Assembly: GCA_023250715.1 (NCBI GenBank)
Contig: JAHFAF010000012.1
Coordinates: 1 to 39,487 of the forward strand
DNA length: 39,487 nucleotides
DNA from: Pseudobdellovibrionaceae bacterium
GTDB taxonomy: Bacteria; Bdellovibrionota; FAC87; UBA2466
Direction: 5' to 3'
Below, in pieces: positions 1-8,900 of this stretch. The stretch's first letter is position 1. Each line of letters begins with the position of its first letter. The notes beneath the pieces were generated by a model. The model searched no databases and was not told the DNA's origin. It saw nothing but the letters and a program-made list of their open reading frames with translations. The translations under genes and the position numbers were made by a program.

Positions 1-687
1 TACTTTGGGTGAAATGTTGCCGGGTTTTAGAGGGCGAATGATCTCCTCCACCCACTTCTGGCCTAACTCCGATTTCCCCCCCTCCATTTTTCTCATCACC
101 TCAGGAGGAGCGTTGGGAAGGATCCGAGTCCCCTCCTGTTTCTGCACGGGGCTTAAGCCCTCGGTGAGGCTCACCCAAAACTCGCCTACGGATCTTTTTT
201 GTTTTGCGGCGAGCGCTGAAAATGCTTTAGGGTCCGTTAATACCGTGTTCAAGAAAATCTGAGCAGCTTCTCGGCTCTCCTTGTGAATGGAAGGATCCTT
301 CGAAAAAAAATCGTAGAAAATAGTACGCTCAGCCAGAGTAGGGAAAACAAAATCTTTCAAATAGCTTTCCTTATCGTTTCCAAAAACCCCTTTGATTTTC
401 GCAAGCGAATCAGGAGCCGCAGTGTTCTTATCAATCCTCTGATCCTCCTTTTGTACAAGCTCTGGTGTAATCTCATGTCCATGATTCTTGAGAATCTGCG
501 CGTAGGTATAGGCGCGCACGAGCTGATCCAATCCCAAGTTTCGATTATCGTCGGGAAAGTAGATTTTAATGACAGCACTTCGGTAGGCAGCGTCCTTCTC
601 GCTAAGCGTGTAATCGCCGACTTTAGCAACGGGCGAATTTCGCGTGCAGGAAAAAAGAAATAGAAGAAGGGGCAAAAAACGGAGCAT
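1..687 (-). CDS. SurA/PrsA-like lipoprotein foldase (parvulin-type chaperone), runs off the left edge
   Basis: Not in the ORF track. Manual translation from ATG at 687 is open to base 1: MLRFLPLLLFLFSC (lipobox), PVAKVGDYTLSEKD (SurA_N/PrsA-like start), a helical region, then LKPGNISPKV (parvulin-like LKPGxxS motif). Confidence 0.7.
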   Translation of the reverse strand, partial: MLRFLPLLLFLFSCTRNSPVAKVGDYTLSEKDAAYRSAVIKIYFPDDNRNLGLDQLVRAYTYAQILKNHGHEITPELVQKEDQRIDKNTAAPDSLAKIKGVFGNDKESYLKDFVFPTLAERTIFYDFFSKDPSIHKESREAAQIFLNTVLTDPKAFSALAAKQKRSVGEFWVSLTEGLSPVQKQEGTRILPNAPPEVMRKMEGGKSELGQKWVEEIIRPLKPGNISPKV

Positions 688-702
688 TCAAAGAAGTATA
701 CT

Positions 703-2990
703 TTAAGGGGTGTAAGAGTAACCAGTGTTTAGATTTCCATTACAGTTACCGCCCCAGAGAATAACCTGCCGGCCCGTAAAGACCCCACTATGACCCCGGC
801 GGTACGCAGTGGCGAAAGCTCCGTCGTACCAGGTGCCATTCGCACCGACGTTCGGATCGAAGAGCTTTGTTTGGCCTTGGTAAAGACTTCCGTCCGTCGC
901 TCCATAAATAAACAACTTCGATCCGGTCCAGACACTGGGAATGGTATTGACCGAATCGTAGAGGAGAACTCTTCCTACGGGCACGTTCGTATTGCTCATG
1001 GCGACCCACGAGCCCTGGCCGCTATAACCGCCGGAATAAGGATCGTACATCGCACCATCCGTTAACTTGTAACCACCGCCCCAGATGAGCATGCGACGGC
1101 CTGTCCAGACCGCAACGTGATTGGTTCTCGCGCTGGGAGCTCCTGTAGTGGTGGTCGTCACCCAGGTATCGGTGTCCGGGCTATACTTTCCACCCGTATT
1201 GCTTCCATTGGAAAATCCGCCACCCCAGATAATCATGTCTCTACCGGTCCACACCACGCTGGCTCCTCCATAGCGGCTCGTCGGAACGTTCGTCGTACTC
1301 ATGGTTGTCCAGGTTCCCACCCCACCCACGCTAAAACCGTTGTAAGGATCAAGACGCGCACCCGATACCTTCGCCTGTGTACTGGAATTGCTGACGGGGT
1401 CAAATTCATAATTTCCAGATCCGCCCCAAACGATAAATTCTCTGCCGGTCCAGACGCTTAAATGTCCAAAACGAGCTGAGGGGGCGCCCGTATTTTCAAT
1501 TGCTATCCAGGTGGAGGCGCCTGTGCCGACGGGATCAAACATCGCACCATCTCCAAGATAGCCGGCAGTGGAGGATCCTCCCCAAATGATCATGTGGCGC
1601 CCTGTCCACGCGTAGGAAAATCCATTTCGGGCGGTGGGGGCATTGATATCCGAAATATCCACAGCCGACCAAGAGTCTGTGGCCGGATCGTAAATGCCTC
1701 CCGTACCCAAATAAGTGCTGACATCCGTGTTGCCACCCCAAATGATCATCTTACTTCCTGTCCACACGGCTGCGTGCCCGTATCTTGCTTCAGGAGCGCC
1801 AGTGCCGTTTGTCGACGATATTTGTACCCAAGTATTGGAAAGATTCGTAATCGGAGGCGTGTAACGTGCGCCCGTACCGACAGCTCCGCCATTCCACCCG
1901 CCCCACATCAGAAATTCTTTTCCAGTCCACGCACTGGCGTAAGCAGCGCGCCCCACGACTTCGGCGGCGGGATTTACCATGGTAGTCCAAGCCGTCGTGG
2001 AGGTGCCGGCGGCATTATCCAACGACGGATCGTAAAGACCGCCAGTATTGGTCGCAGCTCCACCCGTGCCGTTATAGCCACCCCAGATAACTAATTGTTT
2101 ACCGGTCCATTGCGCTTGCACGCCGGCCCTGACCGTGGGAGCTCCCGAGACTGTCATCGGACTCCAGATATCATTGACAGGATCATAACGGCGCCCGTCG
2201 TTAAAGTACGTGGCACCAGGGCATCCTCCGCCTGTGTATCCGCTGATTCCGCCCCAAACCAAGACCTCACGGCCGGTCCACACCATCGAATGCCCCTGGC
2301 GTTTCGTGGGCGCGCCGGCCATGGTAGTTGAACGCCAAGTTCCATTCGGGCCGTCATAGGGATCGAATCTTCCGCCCACGTCCGTTCCGGCGAAGCAGGA
2401 TCCTCCGTCGCCACCCCAGACCACCAATTCCTTTCCTGTCCAAACTCCGATATTGCCGGCCCAGTATCCGATAGAGTACCCGGTGGGAGCATTGGTCGTG
2501 CTCATCGCCGTCCAGGCGTTCACACTATTTCCATTCGCATCCTTAGAGGGATCGTACATCCCGCCGGGTGCAGCGCTGCCAGAAGACCCGCCCCACACAA
2601 GCATGTGCTTTCCCGTCCACACCGCTACATGCATCATCTTGGGAGAGGGCGCACCAGTCGTCGTCGTTTTTATCCAAGTCTGGCTCACTGGATCGAATCG
2701 ACCGCCATTATTCACAGCCGGATAGGAACTGCCTTCATGCGCTTGCCCGCCCCACACGATCATCTCCCTGCCCGTCCAAACTGCAGTGTGATCCTGTCTC
2801 GGGGTAGGAGTATTCGCAGTGACCGGAGTGGAAGTCCAGCTATCAGTTATCGGATCGTACATCGCACCAACCTGAACACTCATCGTTCCGCCCCAGACGA
2901 TCATCTGGCTTCCGGTCCAAACCACAGAGCTTTGAATTTTAGACACTCCAGAAAGCGGCGAGGAAGACATCGTCACCCAGGCCTGGCCGT
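703..2990 (-). repeat. 14 Kelch-like blades, probably two 7-bladed beta-propellers
   Basis: 14 (W/F)TGxx(M/L/V/F)xx(W/Y)G(G/A) motifs. Blades 7 and 14 are each followed by YTP (GARYTP, GYSYTP), which splits the region 7+7. Confidence 0.85.
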
Positions 2991-5900
2991 CATAAATGAA
3001 TTTCGGCGCGCTCGCGTGATTGGAGCTGACCTGATTATCCCCGTTTTTCACGATGACATCCGCTGGCCCGATGGCACCACTGGGAACCGTACAAATAATT
3101 TGCGTGCTGGTCGGAGTCCCCACTATCGGGCAGACAGTGCCGTTCACTGCCGGGCTGTCGCTTCCGCCGATAAGAACGGTGGGCGAGGAAAATTCAGCGC
3201 CCGTAAGTGTAATGGACGTTCCCGATTGTCCAAAGGCCGGTGTGAGGCTCGTAAGGGTCGGAGGGGGTGCGTAGGTAAAGGTGCCAATCGTCCTCAAATT
3301 CTGACTATTCGTCAAAACCAAACTGGCAGCACCCTTGACACCGGGGGGAGTGGTACACTGGACCTGATTGTAACTACTGCCAGTGATCTCGCAAATCTGT
3401 CCTCCGATCGTTACCGAGACTGCAGGAAAATTTGTTCCGGAAATCGTCAGAGGAGTTCCGCCCAACGTAGTCCCAGAGGGAGGACTGATGCTAGTAATCC
3501 CGGGCCGTTCGTGGAAATATCCCACGTAAGTCCTGGTGACGCTTTGTCCATCCCAGTTAGTCACAGTGACGCTCGCGTAATCGGCCGGAGGGTGCGGTGC
3601 GAGATTACATTGAATTTGAGTGGATGTCGCGGAGGTGACCGTGCAAGCAGAGGTGGTAATTGAACCATTCATGTTCTGGTAGGATACCGTCGGCAAGGCT
3701 GGGCTTGTCAGGAAATAATTGCCATTAATCGTTACCACCATGGGCGCTACACCATCGATCGTCCCGTCTGTCGAAAGCGCCCAAGGATCCACGGAACCCA
3801 CCGAAGGTGCATATTGATACTTGAACGTAGCGGAAAGTACCTTCGTTTGCCCATCCGAATTCTGCACTCTAGCGCCCACTAGCTCCTCGTACCAGAGACT
3901 ACTGGTGGTGCAAACGATCTGCGTATCATTGGAGAGGGCACCATTCACCGCACAAGGCTTATCTCCACTGGAGGTCACTAATGCCACTGTCGCTCCAGTG
4001 GAAAACTTAGACCCACTCAAGGTAATTTCCGTTCCGCCTTCAACCGCTCCCCCAGCCGGCGTGACACCTGAAATCACAGGAGCAAACCGGTAGGTAAAAG
4101 TAAGCGCCCCTGAAGTAGTCTGACCATCCGGATTCACCAAGGTGACAGCGACGGCTCCTTCCGTGTGCGCCGGCATGGATACGGTAAGTTTTCCGGAGTT
4201 GACGAAGGTAACAAAAGACGCTGCCAGCGCAGATCCATTCAACTTCACAGTGGGCTTAGTGATGAAATTCGATCCCAATACATCGATGCTGAACCCACCC
4301 GCTGGATCACCGGAAGTGACGCTGAGCGAACTCAATGCGGGGGCCAAATTGTAATCGTACGTTGTTGTTGCCGTTTTATTATCCGTGTTCTTCACTGTGA
4401 CGGTGACCGTGCCGCTTGCATGTGCGGGAATCTTAGCCGTGATTTGAGTGGACGTGATGGAAAGGTCGGAGGGCGCGACAAAGGCACCGCCGAAATCCAC
4501 CGTTAGCTTCGGCAAAAATCCCGTACCGTCAATCGTCATGCTAGCCCCCCCAGCGACAGGACCCGCGGTAGGCGTGCGTGAGATAATCGTCGGTGCTGGA
4601 GAGTTCACATAACTGTACTGGACATTATTCGAACTGGATTGAGTATCCCAGTTGGTGACGACTACTGGTGCACCGCCAACTGCGTGAGCACCCGTTTCGC
4701 AGGTAATCGATGTTCCGGAGCTCGACGTTACCGGACAATTCACCCCTCCGATCGAAACCGCTGGGCTAGGAAGGAAATCCGCTCCGCTAATCACTACACT
4801 CGTTCCACCCCCCGATGTGCCGGAGGTGGGGTTAGTTCCCGAGACCGTGGGAGCACGCTGATAGGTATAGCCATTCGACAATTGACCGGAGAGATCCAGT
4901 CCGAACGTCACTTTCACATGGGTGGCACCCGGGATAACTAATCCCGAAGGCGGCGGTGGCGTATCGGCGGTGATGGAATTTGCGCTCACCACTTGAACGT
5001 TTGTCGCCACGGCTTGCGCTCCCGTTCCCGGATTTACGAAGGTGACAGTCACGCCGGGGAAAAATCCTGATCCCGAAATCGTTACATGCGTGCCCCCCGC
5101 AATCGCCCCTCCACTAAGCGCAATTCCATCGACCGTGAAATTGCTTTTGTACGTGAAAAGTACGGCCCCATTCGTTGCCGTTTGCGGGCCAGGGTTTTTA
5201 ATTGCGACGGATGCGGGATTAACTCCCCCGGAAAAAGCCGGTGTCAAGCAGGTCATGCTCAAGGGCGGATTGGGAATGGGATTCGTGCAAGGCAATCCAT
5301 TGATTTCTGCGGTAGACGTATCCAGGATATTCGTTCCTGTAATTGTCACTAAACTGCCTCCCGCGCTATTTCCAATAGTCGGTGAAATGCTCGTGAGAGT
5401 CGGCGGAGGTGCGTAGAAATAAGAGGGTGACGTCGAATCCGATTGCCCTTCTTCGTTGATCACAACCACGTCCATTACGCCCGTGCCATTGGTCGGGCTC
5501 GCAGGAGTCCTGGCTGTAATCGTATTTTCATTCACAACGACAACACTCGTCGCCAAGGCTTCACTGTTTCCTAACTTAAACTTCACTTGAGCATTCGGAT
5601 AAAAACGCAGTCCCGTAATCGTTACAACGGCATTGCCGGCAACCGGGCCCGAGCCGGGATTTATTCCGGTGGCATCCGGAGCCATCCGATAAATAAATGC
5701 ACCGGTGCGTATGGTATTTTGATCGTCAAGATTGGTGATTTTCACGTCGGCAGGGAAAGGAGTCGTCCCGCTCAGTGCGTGGTTCGCTGCCGCGCAAGTG
5801 AGAATCGTGGCCGAGAAAGTGACAATCGGACAATCGACGTCCGCCACTTTTACCGAAACACCTGACAAGAAATTCGTACCAGTGATCGTCAGTATAGTCG

Positions 5901-8900
5901 GTACTACCGGGGCCGGGTTGCCCGCAACCGGCAATACAGTGGCGATCGAAGGAGCGGAGCTAATTTCGTATGTATACCCACCGCTCAACGTATCTGACTG
6001 GTTGTCGGAGTTTTGTATGAAAACGCCTTTCGCTCCGATGGCTGTATTTCGCGGAGTCACTGCAGTAATCGTGGTGTCATTGACTCGCACAACGCCAGTA
6101 ACCGCTTTTCCGTCAATCTGGACCGTGGGACTCGCCAAGAAGCCCGTGCCGGTAATCGTGATACTCGTACCACCGCCGGTGGAACCATGATTCGGGCTTA
6201 CCGATGTAACATGCGGCGGATTTCGATAGGTAAACTGCCCGGAGAGGCTCGCCGTCTGCCCATCTCCATTCGTCAAGACAATCGGGGGACTTGTGAGATC
6301 CGGCCCGGCCGGCGTTTTTCCCGTAACGGTCGTACCGTTTACCCTCACCACGGTTGTCGCACCGGCACCGCCGAATGCCACGGAAACCGTGCCGAAGAAA
6401 CCGGTGCCCGTCAGCGTGAAATCAGTCCCGCCCGCAGGCGGACCCGCTTGAATATTAATACCCGTGAGGGTAGGCGCCGCATTCAGATAGGTAAAGGCAC
6501 TGAGTTTAGTTCGAGCCTGTCCGAAAGCATCCGTCACGACGACATTCACAAGGCCTGCAGCATGGGCTCCGGTGAGACAGGTAATTTTCGTACTCGGCAC
6601 CACTACGTTCACCGGCCCGCAGGCCACACCAACCGTGTCGGTAGTGCTTTTCAAAATCACGGTATCCGACGATCGCAAACCGGAGCCATTGATGGTGAGG
6701 GCATCTCCTCCCCCGACGAGTCCAATTGCCGGAACAACCGTGTCCACCACCGGCGCATCCTTATAGACAAAGGGCAATGGATACTCGACGATTTGACCGT
6801 CTCCATTAGTGAGCTGAATTGTCGCGTTCCCTGCTGTGGTTGCCGCCGGAGTATGGAAACTCACATGGGTAGAATCGACGACGACGGGGTCCGTGGAGCT
6901 GATTCCACCCACCTTCACACTAGCCCCGGAGAGAAAACCTGTCCCCGTGAGCGTGACGAGAGTGCCTCCCGCCATCGGGCCTTCCAACACATCGGCGCCA
7001 CTCAAGGTGGGTGGCGGATTCGTGTAGGTGAAAGCATTTTGCTTCACGCGCGATTGGCCGTAGGAGTCGGTGACAACAACATTCACCTGGCCCGCGCCAT
7101 GCACGCTCGTCACGCAGGAAATTGTTGTATTCGTAGCAACCAAATTTACCGGCCCGCAGCTCGATCCACTTCCCAATTCCGCAGCGCCGATTAATTTCAC
7201 CGTATCGGAAGAGCGTAAACCAGTACCCACGATCGTAAGAACTGTTCCACCGAGCACGGTACCGGTGGCTGGCGCTACGGAATCCACCACCGGCGCGTCT
7301 TTATAAACAAAATTCTGAGGGTAGGTGACATTTTGTCCGTCTGAGTTCGTCAATTCAATGCTAGAGGAAGCCGCTGCCGTGGCAGGAGGAGTGTGGAACC
7401 TCACATGGGTGGAATCGACGACAACGGGGTCCGATGAGCTCACGCCGCCCACTTTCACGCTGGATCCGAGGAAGCCCGTTCCCGTAAGTGTTACCAGAGT
7501 GCCCCCGGCAAGAGGCCCTTCCAAAACGTCCGCGCCACTCAGGGTGGGGGCCGGGTTCACATATTGAAACGCGCTCAGCTTTACGCGCACCTGACCGTAG
7601 GAATCAGTCACCACTACGTTTACGACGCCGGCGGCATGACTACTCGTCACGCAGGAGATTGTTGTATTGGTAACAACCAAATTTACCGGGCCGCAGTTCG
7701 ATCCGCTTCCAATTTCCGCAGCACCGATTAATTTCACCGTATCGGTGGAGCGCAGTCCGGAGCCTACGATTGTAAGTACGCTGCCGCCACCTGAAAGACC
7801 CGTTGCAGGGGTAACCGAGTCAATAATCGGCGCATCCTTATAGATGAAGGGCTGCGGGTAAGTAACCACTTGAGCATCTGCATTGGTCAATTCAATGGTG
7901 GCGGAAACCGCTTGCGCAACACCCGGAGTGTGGAATCTCACATGGGTGGAATCCACAACAGTCGTGTCAGGAGCTGCGATCGCCCCAACTTTTACGGATG
8001 CACCCGTCACAAAATTTGCACCAGTCAGGGTGACTAAACTTCCGCCCGCAAGAGGCCCTTCCAAAATATCCGCCCCACTCAGAGTAGGGGGTGGGCTCGT
8101 GTAGCGAAAAGCTTGAGGTTTTGTCCTGGACTGATTGAAAGAATCGGTGACGACAAGATCAACCGCGGTCGCACTCGCTGTTCCCGTCGGGGCGACACAG
8201 GAAATCTTGGTATTCGTCTCTAAGACGGCAACCGAGGTACAGGGTCTACCGTCCACCTTCACGGTACTTAACTCATTCAAACCTACACCGGTGATGGTGA
8301 GAAGCGTATTCACATTTGCAAGGCCAGTCGCCGGAGTTACCGTGTCGAGGGTCGGTGCATCTTTATAAGTGAACGCTGAAGTGAGGGAGCGCTTTTGGCC
8401 GTCGCCGTTCGTCAACTCCACATCCACCCCACCCGCCACTTCCTGCGACGGAGTAATAATTGTGACTTTTGTTGAGTCGACGAAAGTTACATTCGAGACC
8501 GACTTATTGCCGAATTTGACGGAGACCGGGCTTCGAAATCCACCGCCATTTAAGTCAACAGAAGTTCCGCCAACAAGTGCTCCTTCGGAGACACTCAAAC
8601 TGGTAAGACTGGGCGGCGGGAAAACATAGGTGAATAACCCTGTTTTACTGGAGCTTTGCCCGTCCGGATTAACGACGGTAATCGTGTAAGAGCCTTCGTC
8701 CGTCTGGGAGGGTGAGGTACAACGCAGCTGCGATGCCGAATCGAATAAAACCGGCGTACAGGATTTGGAGCCCAGCTGAACCGTCGCCCCGTCCTTAAAA
8801 TCATTTCCCGTAATCGTGAGGGACTGCCCACCGCTCGTCGAACCAGAAGAAGGAGAAACTGATCCGACGTTCGGAGGGAGAATGAATGTGAATGCATTAG

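Noticed and set aside
5-663. Track ORFs 5..262, 283..663 and 357..629
   Set aside because: They overlap the better-supported minus-strand lipoprotein frame 687..1.
703-2990. Kelch region as a galactose oxidase or as a diversity-generating retroelement target
   Set aside because: I could not identify a copper-radical ligand set, and there is no reverse transcriptase or template repeat in the window.
6485-8100. Periodic DNA repeats as a CRISPR-like array
   Set aside because: The period is about 540 bp and in frame with protein domains; there are no unique spacers or cas genes.
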